Shown here: one piece after another, positions 18,393 through 27,253 of the stretch
Layout of the letters: each line of letters starts with the position of its first letter
How positions within the stretch are numbered: the stretch's first letter is position 1
Origin: an uncultured Thermoleophilia bacterium
GTDB lineage: Bacteria > Actinomycetota > Thermoleophilia > UBA2241
DNA length: 64,000 bases
Assembly (NCBI GenBank): GCA_964533575.1
Contig: CAZHMG010000002.1
Location: 13,373-77,372, forward strand
Direction of reading: 5' to 3'
Notes under the pieces: model-generated
The model's database searches: none
Seen by the model: the letters and a program-made list of their open reading frames with translations, nothing else
Told to the model about the DNA's origin: nothing
Position numbers and translations under genes: made by a program

Positions 18393-21080
18393 TCAGAGCC
18401 GCAGGACGACCTTGCGCACGTCGGGATCCTCGGTCGGGAGGACGGCGAAGCCGAATCTCTCGACGAAGCGGAGCATGCCACGATTGCCCGCGAGGACGTA
18501 CCCGTCGATCTCCCTCACCTGACGCTCACGAGACGCCTGGATGAGGGCCTCCATCAGCGTGTGTCCCAGTCCCTTCCCCTGATACTCGTCGCGTACGACG
18601 ATGCCGAATTCACCCCCCTCCGCGTCCGGCGCGTCCAGGGTCAGCCGGGCGACGCCGAGCATTGAAGTCTCGCTGCCGCCCTCGTCCTGGGCGATGGCGA
18701 CCAGAGCGATCTCCTGGTCGTAGTCGATATGGCAGTAGCGCATCAGCATGGTCTTGGTGATCCGGCCGACCGAGCCGAAGAAGCGATGCTCGGCGGTGAC
18801 ATGGGAGAACGACCGGACCATATCCGTCCAGAGCGGCTCGTCCTCCGGCTTGATGGCCCGGATGTGGATTCTTTCGCCGGCCAGCCGCACGTCCCAGTGG
18901 TACCGGGTTGGGTAGATGGGGATCATCAGGTGCGCGCCGGGAACCTTGCCGGTCTTGCCGGCCGTCGCGGACTCGACCGTGATGCGTGCGTTCACGGCGC
19001 AAACGCCGTCCGCGCTGGCCTTCAAGGGATTCACGTCCATTTCCAGGATCTGCGGGAAGTCGATGAGCAGCGAGCTGACTTTGACCAGCGTCCGCTCGAG
19101 GGCGAGCATGTCGACGGTGGCGCTGCCGCGATATCCCTTGAGGAGCCGGGAGACTCTCGTTCGCTCGATCATTGCACGTGCGAGGGCCTCGTTCAGCGGT
19201 GGGTAGTCGATGGTCACGTCGCGTTGCAGCTCGACATCCGTCCCGCCGGTGCCGAACATGACGGCAGGGCCGAACGTTGGGTCCTTCCTGGCTCCGACGA
19301 TCGTCTCGTGACCGCCGTGGATCATGGCCTGTACCGTGACCCCGATGATCGTCGCGGTCGGCAGGGCCTTTCGCGCATTGTCTGTGACCGTTACGAACTG
19401 CTCGGCGGCTTCACCGGCTGACCGCACGTCGAGGGCCACGCCGCCCACGTCGCTCTTGTATGTGATGTCGTTGCTGAGCACCTTGACCGCCACAGGGAAG
19501 CCGATCTTGAGGGCCGCTTTCGCGCACTCCTCGGCGCTGGTCGCGACCATGGTGCGATTGACCGGGATCTGATAGGCGGAGAGTACCGCCTTGGCCTCGG
19601 CTTCAGTGAGCGTTGACCGACCGGCGTTCGTCACCTTGGCAAAGACGCCGGCCACCGTGTCGCGATCGGGATGGAAGTCGGGCAGGATCTCGGCAGGGGT
19701 GTCGTAGAGATTCGCCAAGTTGCGGGTGTACTCATACATGTACATATAGGCACGGACCGCGTGCTCAGGCGTGTCGAAGGTCGGGACGTGTGCGCGCTGG
19801 AGGATCTTGAGTCCCTTCGCCACCTCGACCTCTCCCATGAACGAGGCGAGCAGCGGTTTGAGCTGGTGTGTTCGCGAGACGTCGACGAGAGCCCGTGCCG
19901 TCGCCGCGGCGTCGGTCATGACCTGGGGCACCAGGATGGCCAGGACGCCGTCGCAGTTCGGGTCGTCCATCAGGGCCTGCGCGGCCGCGGCGTAGTGCGC
20001 CGCGTCCGCGTCGCCGAGCACGTCGACAGGGTTCCTCCGGCTGCTGAACTCCGGCAGCAAGGCCTTCAGCTTCGCGTCCGTCTCTGGCGTGAGCTCGGAG
20101 AGCTGGCCGCCGAGATCAAGCAAGCGGTCGCAGGCCATGACGCCGGGCCCCCCGGCATTGGTGACGATGCCGAGCCGCGGTCCGCGGGGGCGGCTGGACA
20201 GGCTCAGGGCCTCGCCGGCGTTGAACAGGTCGTCGATCTCATTCACGCGGACGACCCCCGCGCGCCGGAACATGGCGCCATAGAGGGCGTCGTCGCCCGC
20301 GATGGCGCCGGTGTGGCTGGCAGCCGCCAGCGCGCCTCGCTCCGTGCGACCGCTCTTCACCGCGATGATCGGCTTGCTGCGCGCGAACCTGCGGGCGGCG
20401 CCCATGAAGGCCCGCGCGTCCTCGATGGACTCGATGTAGAGGATGATGCTCGTCGTGCGCGCATCGTCGCCGAAGAAGTCGATGAGGTCGGCGAAGTCGA
20501 TGTCCACGGTCGAGCCGACGCTGACGAAGGCGCTGAACCCGACCTCGTTGGCCGTCGCCCAGTCGAGGATCGCCGTACCCAGTGCTCCCGACTGGCTGAA
20601 GAAGGCCACGCGTCCTGGCTGCGGTGAGACGCGCGCGAACGTGACGTTCAGACGGCTGGCGGGCCGGATGAAGCCCATGCAGTTGGGCCCGAGCACGCGC
20701 ACGTTGTGGCGCTCGGCGATGAGGCGCACCTCTTCCTCGAGCCGGGCGCCCGCCTCACCGGTCTCGCGAAACCCGGCCGAGACGATGACGACGCCACCCA
20801 CGCCCGCCTCGCCGCACTCGCGTACGATCTGAGGCACGGTCTTCGCGGGCACGGCTATGACGGCCAGATCGATCGTCTTCCGAATCTGTTGCATGGAGGA
20901 ATATGCAGGCATGCCCTGCACTGTTCGGCCGGAGAGACTGACCGGATAGACGTCGCCGCCGAAGCCTCCCGCGACGAGGTTGCGCAGCAGGACATAGCCG
21001 ACCGACTCCTCGTTGTCGGAGGCGCCGACGACGGCAATGCTCTGCGGATCGAACAGCCGCTGCAGGTTACGTTCTCGCAT
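18393..21080 (-). CDS. Pat/PatZ-type protein acyltransferase, paralog C
   Basis: Start taken at internal Met (MRERNLQRLFDPQSIAVVGASDNEESVG) by alignment with paralogs A/B; C-terminal GNAT ..FGIVVRDEYQGKGLGHTLMEAL.. Confidence 0.8.
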   Translation of the reverse strand: MRERNLQRLFDPQSIAVVGASDNEESVGYVLLRNLVAGGFGGDVYPVSLSGRTVQGMPAYSSMQQIRKTIDLAVIAVPAKTVPQIVRECGEAGVGGVVIVSAGFRETGEAGARLEEEVRLIAERHNVRVLGPNCMGFIRPASRLNVTFARVSPQPGRVAFFSQSGALGTAILDWATANEVGFSAFVSVGSTVDIDFADLIDFFGDDARTTSIILYIESIEDARAFMGAARRFARSKPIIAVKSGRTERGALAAASHTGAIAGDDALYGAMFRRAGVVRVNEIDDLFNAGEALSLSSRPRGPRLGIVTNAGGPGVMACDRLLDLGGQLSELTPETDAKLKALLPEFSSRRNPVDVLGDADAAHYAAAAQALMDDPNCDGVLAILVPQVMTDAAATARALVDVSRTHQLKPLLASFMGEVEVAKGLKILQRAHVPTFDTPEHAVRAYMYMYEYTRNLANLYDTPAEILPDFHPDRDTVAGVFAKVTNAGRSTLTEAEAKAVLSAYQIPVNRTMVATSAEECAKAALKIGFPVAVKVLSNDITYKSDVGGVALDVRSAGEAAEQFVTVTDNARKALPTATIIGVTVQAMIHGGHETIVGARKDPTFGPAVMFGTGGTDVELQRDVTIDYPPLNEALARAMIERTRVSRLLKGYRGSATVDMLALERTLVKVSSLLIDFPQILEMDVNPLKASADGVCAVNARITVESATAGKTGKVPGAHLMIPIYPTRYHWDVRLAGERIHIRAIKPEDEPLWTDMVRSFSHVTAEHRFFGSVGRITKTMLMRYCHIDYDQEIALVAIAQDEGGSETSMLGVARLTLDAPDAEGGEFGIVVRDEYQGKGLGHTLMEALIQASRERQVREIDGYVLAGNRGMLRFVERFGFAVLPTEDPDVRKVVLRL

Positions 21081-21218
21081 GTCCGCTGCTCCTGCCTCCT
21101 CTCGCGGCACGCGGTTCGCGAGGCCGGGCGCAGAGAGGGCGGGCGGCCGGTGGCCGCCCGCCCTCTCCTGGCCTTCAGCGCGGCGCCACCTCTCGCGAGA
21201 CGCCGCCACGGCTGATCG

Positions 21219-23171
21219 CTACTTGCGGTTCGCCTTGAGGTTCTCGACGACGGCCGGGTCGGCCAGGGTCGTGGTATCACCCAGCGCGTCGAGCTCGCCT
21301 TCGGCGATCTTGCGCAGGATGCGGCGCATGATCTTGCCCGACCGGGTTTTGGGCAGGCCCGGAGCGAACTGGAGCTTGTCCGGCTTGGCGATCGCGCCGA
21401 GGACCTTGCGGACCTGCTGGTCGAGCTCCTTTTCAAGCTGCTCGCTGGGCTCGACGCCGGCGTTGAGCGTCACGTAGGCATAGATGCCGGTGCCCTTGAT
21501 GTCGTGCGGGTACCCGACCACCGCCGCCTCGGCGACGTCCGGGTGACCGACGAGCGCGCTCTCGACTTCGGCGGTGCCGATCCGGTGACCCGAGACATTG
21601 AGCACGTCGTCGACGCGGCCCTTGAGCCAGTGGTCGCCGTCCTCGTCGATGACGCAGCCGTCGCCGGTGTAGAACTTGTTCTTGAACATCGAGAAGTAGA
21701 CTTCCTTGAAGCGCGTGCCCGTCTTGTCGCCCCACGTGCCTCGCAGCATCGCGGGCCAGGGATGGGTGATGACGAGATGACCCTGCTCGCCCGGAGCGCA
21801 CGCAGTGCCGTCGTCCCTGAGGACCTGGGTCTGTATGCCGAAGAAAGGACGGCCGGCGGACGCGGGCTTGAGCGGGGTGCACCCGGGCAACGGCGTGATC
21901 ATGTGACCGCCGGTTTCGGTCTGCCACCACGTGTCGACGACCGGGATGCGGTCCTTGCCGACGTTGTCGTAGTACCACTTCCAGCTGTTGGGATCGATGG
22001 GCTCACCCACGGTGCCGATGACACGCAGGCTCTCCATGGGGTGCTTCTGCGGCCAGTCCGCGCCCATGCCGACGAGACTGCGAATGACGGTAGGCGCCGT
22101 GTAGAGGGTCGTGGTCTTGATCTTGTCGATGACCTTCCAGTAGCGATCGGGCTCGGGATAGGTCGGGATGCTCTCGAAGACGACCGACGTGACGCCGTTG
22201 GCCAGTGGGCCGTACACGATGTAGCTGTGACCGGTGACCCAGCCGACGTCGGCGGCGCAGAAGTGGATGTCATCCTCGTGCAGGTTGAACGTGTACTTCG
22301 ACGTGTCGTGCACGTAGAGGAGATAGCCGGCGGTCGTGTGGAGCACGCCCTTGGGCTTGCCGGTGGAGCCGGAGGTGTAGAGGATGAAGAGCGGATGCTC
22401 GGACTCGCACGGCACGCACGGGCAGTCGGCGGTGATGTCGCCGGCGGCCATCTCGTCGGCGTACCAGACGTCGCGGCCTTCCTCCATCGGCACGTCGCCG
22501 TCAACGCGGTTGATCACGATGACAGTCTCGATGGTGGATTCACCGCTGACGGCCTCGTCCGCGTTGGTCTTGGAGGGCATGACCCTGCCGCCGCGGTAGC
22601 CCTTGTCGGCGCAGACCAGGACCTTGGCCTCGCAGTCGTCGATACGGGCGCGGAGCGAGTCGGCGCTGAAGCCGCCGAAGACGACCATGTGAACGGCGCC
22701 GATGCGGGCGCAGGCCAGCAGGACGATCGGCACTTCCTTGATCATCGGGAGATAGACCGCGACGCGGTCGCCCTTCTGGACTCCGTGCTTCTTGAGGACG
22801 TTGGCGAACTTGGAGACCTCGTCGAGGAGCTCCTTGTAGGTATAGCTGTAGGTGTCGCCTTGGTCGCTCTCGAAAATGATGGCGGTCTTGTCGCCCTTGC
22901 CGGCCTCGACATGACGATCGACACAGTTGTAGGTGACGTTGAGCTCGCCGCCCTCGAACCACTTGATGACGGGAGTGGGGTCCCAGCTCCACTCGAGAAC
23001 GGTGTCCCACTTCTTCGTCCACGTGAGGGCTTCCTCGGCACGCTCCGCCCAGTATCCCTCGGGATCCTCAACAGAGCGCTTGTAGGTGGCCTCGTACTCC
23101 TCCATCGACTTGAAGTACGCGTTCTTCGAGGCCTCGGCCGATGGATAGTAGATGCTCTGCTCGTCTGCCAC
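21219..23171 (-). CDS. acs: acetyl-CoA synthetase (AMP-forming)
   Basis: GTG start 23171 seven nt after AGGAGGT; ..YTSGSTGKPKG.. AMP-binding motif, ..WQTETGG.., C-terminal PKTRSGKIMRRILRKIA containing the conserved acetylatable lysine. Confidence 0.9.
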   Translation of the reverse strand: MADEQSIYYPSAEASKNAYFKSMEEYEATYKRSVEDPEGYWAERAEEALTWTKKWDTVLEWSWDPTPVIKWFEGGELNVTYNCVDRHVEAGKGDKTAIIFESDQGDTYSYTYKELLDEVSKFANVLKKHGVQKGDRVAVYLPMIKEVPIVLLACARIGAVHMVVFGGFSADSLRARIDDCEAKVLVCADKGYRGGRVMPSKTNADEAVSGESTIETVIVINRVDGDVPMEEGRDVWYADEMAAGDITADCPCVPCESEHPLFILYTSGSTGKPKGVLHTTAGYLLYVHDTSKYTFNLHEDDIHFCAADVGWVTGHSYIVYGPLANGVTSVVFESIPTYPEPDRYWKVIDKIKTTTLYTAPTVIRSLVGMGADWPQKHPMESLRVIGTVGEPIDPNSWKWYYDNVGKDRIPVVDTWWQTETGGHMITPLPGCTPLKPASAGRPFFGIQTQVLRDDGTACAPGEQGHLVITHPWPAMLRGTWGDKTGTRFKEVYFSMFKNKFYTGDGCVIDEDGDHWLKGRVDDVLNVSGHRIGTAEVESALVGHPDVAEAAVVGYPHDIKGTGIYAYVTLNAGVEPSEQLEKELDQQVRKVLGAIAKPDKLQFAPGLPKTRSGKIMRRILRKIAEGELDALGDTTTLADPAVVENLKANRK

Positions 23172-23518
23172 CCTGGTTACCTCCTGTATCGAAACGCTGG
23201 TAGGAATAGGTCTCCCGCCGCCGTCGGCATATGCGGGAGCGGAGTCCGTGCGATCACGGCTTGCCGTAAAGGTGGGCAAGACTACCATTCAGCGCAACAC
23301 CTGCGCAATGGTCCGGCGCCGTTGTCGTCAGATCGGAATTGCGCTGCAAAAAGGCGTGATTCGCCCCCTCTCGAGCGCGTCGCCGGGGCTGGTTGTTCCA
23401 GGGCTGCCCGGCAGGCGGTGCGCCGGCCTCGGTCGGTGGCGCCGCGAGATCGGCGGAGGGTGGCTCAACGGGCGCCGGCGGCACGAATTCGTCGGTCGGC
23501 GGTCGCGGGGAGGGGGGA

Positions 23519-23593
23519 TGGTGGGCGATGTTGGGTTTGAACCAACGACCTCCCGCGTGTGAGGCGGGCGCTCTCCCGCTGAGCTAATCGCCC
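23519..23593 (-). tRNA. tRNA-Val (anticodon CAC), CCA encoded
   Basis: Minus-strand GGGCGATTAGCTCAGCGGGAGAGCGCCCGCCTCACACGCGGGAGGTCGTTGGTTCAAACCCAACATCGCCCACCA folds as cloverleaf; anticodon stem CCCGC/GCGGG, loop CTCACAC. Confidence 0.85.
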
Positions 23594-23723
23594 GAAACCG
23601 GGTCGGCCGCAAGGCGCGCCGGCGGGAGGCAGAGGATATCACAGCCCCGGGCGACGGGAAACGTCCAAACGTCCCGCGAGTGCACGGAAGGAGGAGACGC
23701 GGGCGTTGACCGATGGAAGCCCT

Positions 23724-24905
23724 TCAGGGCAGCGCAGGCAGGGACAAGGACGCTTCGCCCTCACCCGGCATCGCCGTCGCGGATGCGGCGGGCGCCTCGC
23801 TTTCACCTTCAGCGACCAGGGATGCGTCGGTCGCAAGCTCATCTGGCTGCTCGTCGCTGAAGATGCCCGCATCGCCGATACGACCGACGGAGTCGATGAC
23901 CACGGCCACGAAGGGCGCCGCCAGGGCGCTGCCGATGGCGCCTGCCAGCACGCCTCCGGCCGTGGTGGACAAGAGCACGACCAGCGGGTGCAGCTTGAGG
24001 GTCGCACCGAAGGCGATCTGCGAGATGATGACCTGGAACACGCTGTTCACGAGGATGAGCACGACCAGCATGATCACGCCGTCCGACCAGCCTCCTTCCG
24101 ACAGGGCCAGCAGGACGGCGACGGCGCCGCCGACGATCGCGCCGATGTACGGGATGTACGAGAACAGGAAGTTCACGATCGCGACCACGCCGGCCATTGG
24201 CGTTCCCAGGGCCAGCGCCGTGATGCCGATCGCCACGCCGTTGAAGGCCGCCACGATGGTGGCTCCCGCGAAGTAGCCCTGCAGTGAACGGACGCTGCTG
24301 CGGATGACGGAGACGCCCAGATCGGCCGGAAGACCGATGTGGGAGCCGAGCCAGCGGCCGACCCTGCGCCCGTCCGCCATGAGGTAGTAGAAGATGTTGA
24401 TGGCGATGAAGACGGCGAAAGCAAGGGAGACGATCGCGCCGACGCCTTGGGCGAGAATGGGGATGAAGCCGCCGAGAAGCACCTGCCAGAAGTCAGCTAC
24501 GGAGGTGGCGACCTGATCGATGGCCTCCTTGATCTGCGGCGCCATACCGCTCGCCTTGAGCTTCTCGAGCCCCTCGGTCAGGTGGGCCGTGAGTTCGCCG
24601 CTCTGTTGCACCACCTGGACGAGAACGAGGACACTGATGGCGGCCACGATGCCGAGCAGCGCCACAAGAACGATCAGGGCGGCGATCGCCCGACGCAGGC
24701 CCCACTTCTCGAGCTTGTCCACCAGCGGGAAGCACACGGCAGCACCCAAGGCGGCCAGGATGAAGGGCAGTGTGATGGTGCGCACGGCCGAGAACAGGAG
24801 AATCCCCGCGCCCACGAACAGGATGAGCCCAATGGCGAGCCACCCGGCGCGTCCGAGTCGCTCGAGCCAGATGGGGACGCGCCACTGGGAGAGGCGGGGT
24901 TTCAT
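23724..24905 (-). CDS. AI-2E family transporter (PerM/YhhT-like permease)
   Basis: ~8 predicted TM segments; glycine-rich ..GGVLAGAIGSALAAPFVAVV.. typical of AI-2E/UPF0118. Confidence 0.7.
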   Translation of the reverse strand: MKPRLSQWRVPIWLERLGRAGWLAIGLILFVGAGILLFSAVRTITLPFILAALGAAVCFPLVDKLEKWGLRRAIAALIVLVALLGIVAAISVLVLVQVVQQSGELTAHLTEGLEKLKASGMAPQIKEAIDQVATSVADFWQVLLGGFIPILAQGVGAIVSLAFAVFIAINIFYYLMADGRRVGRWLGSHIGLPADLGVSVIRSSVRSLQGYFAGATIVAAFNGVAIGITALALGTPMAGVVAIVNFLFSYIPYIGAIVGGAVAVLLALSEGGWSDGVIMLVVLILVNSVFQVIISQIAFGATLKLHPLVVLLSTTAGGVLAGAIGSALAAPFVAVVIDSVGRIGDAGIFSDEQPDELATDASLVAEGESEAPAASATAMPGEGEASLSLPALP

Positions 24906-25010
24906 GCGCCGCACTATATCAATCCAGACCGGGTCAAAGAAGACGCCGTCACCTGGAGGGGATCGGCTGGAGGCGGGCGCCAGAAGACGTGAGCGGCGTC
25001 GAAAGCGTCT

Positions 25011-25451
25011 TCAGAACGTCTCCATCGCCTCGGCACGCCGCTTGAGCGCCCGGCTCATCTCCTCGAACCCCTGCTGCGACGCCTTCATCGCCCTGCCGAG
25101 GAAGGGCAGGAGGATGCCCGTCACCTCCTCATGAGTCGTGAAGCGTGACGTCGTCTGATCGAGCGGCTCGACGACCATCGAGTGCCGGCCGTCGAACAGT
25201 CCCCTCACCCAGAGGCTGCCCTTCCAGCGGATCAGCCTGCCCGGGCGGCAGTCCAGAACCTTCGCCTCGAAGTGGACGGGGCGCATGCCCGGGGCGTGGA
25301 TGGTCACGTCCAGCTTCGCCCCGATCCGCATCTCACCCGAGGCCCTCACGATGAATGGATTCCATTCCGGATAGCGTTCAAAATCGGCGATGATCGACCA
25401 CACGCGTTCGATCGGCGCGTCGATGTCCGTCTGGGCGTGAAGCATCTGCAT
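25011..25451 (-). CDS. SRPBCC-family (polyketide cyclase/START-like) protein
   Basis: 146 aa; ..IDAPIERVWSIIADFERYPEWNPF.. signature of SRPBCC ligand-binding fold. Confidence 0.65.
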   Translation of the reverse strand: MQMLHAQTDIDAPIERVWSIIADFERYPEWNPFIVRASGEMRIGAKLDVTIHAPGMRPVHFEAKVLDCRPGRLIRWKGSLWVRGLFDGRHSMVVEPLDQTTSRFTTHEEVTGILLPFLGRAMKASQQGFEEMSRALKRRAEAMETF

Positions 25452-25513
25452 CGTGACCTCCCTGACCCGCCGTCATTATGTCACTGACCGCTCGCTTCGC
25501 GGAGAGCAGCCGA

Positions 25514-26233
25514 TCAGGACAACTCGTGTCGCGGGACGGCCGAGAGCGCTCGCCGTCGGGCCCGCCAATCCGGTACTACCCGCTCGACGTGCCGCCAGAA
25601 TCCTGCTCCGTGATTCGGCTCGAGCAGATGCGCCAGCTCATGGACCACGACGTAGTCGACGAGCGCGGGCGGCAGAGTCATGAGATCACGATGGAACGTG
25701 ACTGTCCGGGTGTGGAAGTGACACGTGCCCCACCGCCGCGTGCCGAGGTCCCGCACCACGACATGGGCCGGAGAGGCGCCCACGAGGCCGGCATGACACC
25801 GCACGCGGCGCTCCAGATAGGACTGGCCCCGCTCCACGTACCACTGCTGCAGCGCCTCGCGGGCCTCGCCATCCAGGCATCGCGCGAGTTCGAGGCGCCC
25901 TCGCATCAGGCGAACCGGCGGATGCTCGACGTCGACCAGCGTCAGCCGGTAACGCCGGCCCAGGTAGGGGAGACGTTCGCCCTCGTCGAAGCGGCGCGGC
26001 GGGGGGGGAGGTCCCTGCGCCGTGAACTGCGTCAGCTTGCGGCGAACCCAGGGGAGCTTGTCGCGCACCGCCGTGACGAGGACGCGCTCCGGGAGCTTGG
26101 TGGGCGCCGCCACCCTGAGGCTCCCCTCGCGCGTCACTGTAATACCCACCGTGCGGCGGCGATTGCTCCAGCGGACGGCGAACGTCAAGCCATCTATCGT
26201 CAGGGAATCAACCGGCTTGCGGTTCCACCTCAC
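25514..26233 (-). CDS. M48/YgjP-family metal-dependent hydrolase (DUF45)
   Basis: HExxH-type motif VVHELAHLLE near C-terminus, size and layout of YgjP family. Confidence 0.65.
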   Translation of the reverse strand: MRWNRKPVDSLTIDGLTFAVRWSNRRRTVGITVTREGSLRVAAPTKLPERVLVTAVRDKLPWVRRKLTQFTAQGPPPPPRRFDEGERLPYLGRRYRLTLVDVEHPPVRLMRGRLELARCLDGEAREALQQWYVERGQSYLERRVRCHAGLVGASPAHVVVRDLGTRRWGTCHFHTRTVTFHRDLMTLPPALVDYVVVHELAHLLEPNHGAGFWRHVERVVPDWRARRRALSAVPRHELS

Positions 26234-26304
26234 GATTCAGCTCCTTAACAGCAGAAGGCGGCCCTGAGGCCGCCTTCTGGTGAACTAGCAGATGAGGAAG
26301 GGCG

Positions 26305-26508
26305 TCAAGCCTTACGGACGTTGCTCGCCTGCATCTTGCCGTTCTGGCCCTGAGTGACATCGAACGTGACCCTCTGGCCCTCGTCCAGGGTCTTGAAACC
26401 CTCCTCCTGGATCTCGCGGAAGTGGACGAAGAGATCGTCCCCATCCTCACGAGAGATGAAGCCGTAGCCCTTGGCCGCGTTGAACCACTTTACGGTACCT
26501 TCTGCCAT
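26305..26508 (-). CDS. cspA: cold-shock protein, CspA family
   Basis: [30 protein letters not shown].. RNP1/RNP2 motifs; 67 aa. Confidence 0.9.
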   Translation of the reverse strand: MAEGTVKWFNAAKGYGFISREDGDDLFVHFREIQEEGFKTLDEGQRVTFDVTQGQNGKMQASNVRKA

Positions 26509-26718
26509 GTATGACACCCTTCCGTCCTGCGAGAAGTACAGGGGGACGTGACCAACTCGCCACCCATCCGCACAGGTCAAGACAACAATGATGCGGGAGG
26601 TCACCCCGCGAACACGTGGGCCGGAAAGCCCTCGTTCGCGTAGTCTACTTCAAAGAAAAAGAAAAGTCCCGCCGAACATCAACCTCCGCGAGCCTCTCTC
26701 GTCCAATCGGTGACATGC
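26509..26718 (-). promoter_or_regulatory. csp promoter and long 5' leader (candidate thermosensing UTR)
   Basis: ~210-nt non-coding gap between rpsR and csp on the same strand; csp genes characteristically carry long structured leaders. Confidence 0.3.
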
Positions 26719-27027
26719 TCAGCGCGGCCGCCGGCGGCCGCCGCCGTCGCCCAATCCCTTGCCTTCGGCGACGTACGGCAGGAGCGCCATCTCGCGAGCC
26801 CGCTTGATCGAGGCGGCGAGCTGGCGCTGGTGGCGCCGGCAGGTGCCCGTGACGCGCGGCGACTTGATCTTGCCGCGGTCGCTGATGAAGCGGCGCAGGG
26901 CGGTGACGTCCTTGTAGTCGACCTCGTCGATCTTCTCTTTGCAGAAGTAGCAGAAACGACGGCGCGAGGGATCGAAGGGCTTTCCCCGCTTCTTGTCGGC
27001 TCGCGGTTTGACCTTGGGGCTCGGCAT
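26719..27027 (-). CDS. rpsR: 30S ribosomal protein S18 (stand-alone copy)
   Basis: ..[64 protein letters not shown].. full S18 signature; not in the usual rpsF-ssb-rpsR-rplI context. Confidence 0.85.
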   Translation of the reverse strand: MPSPKVKPRADKKRGKPFDPSRRRFCYFCKEKIDEVDYKDVTALRRFISDRGKIKSPRVTGTCRRHQRQLAASIKRAREMALLPYVAEGKGLGDGGGRRRPR

Positions 27028-27253
27028 GCGCATTCCTTTCTTGCCGCCCCCTCCGCCGGGACGGCGCTGATGTCAAGCGGTAAGCATGGCGTCGAGTCAT
27101 CCTCGACGCAAGTCGGCAGAAGATGATAACTCCTTCCGGCTCACTTCACCACTGGAGACGACGGCCGGCGAGCGCGGGCCAACAGGATCTGGTCCTGATG
27201 TATCGGCACGAGGGTACACGGGGAGGGGAGGACGAGACGGGGGTACTGCGCTC

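Noticed and set aside
12740-21436. Many 100-400-aa Arg/Pro/Gly-rich ORFs on both strands overlapping the three Pat-like genes and acs (e.g. 12740..13906, 16266..16952, 17298..18032, 21504..23540)
   Set aside because: Alternative frames of long genuine genes in high-GC DNA. No start context or domain similarity. The genuine frames have full-length conserved architectures.
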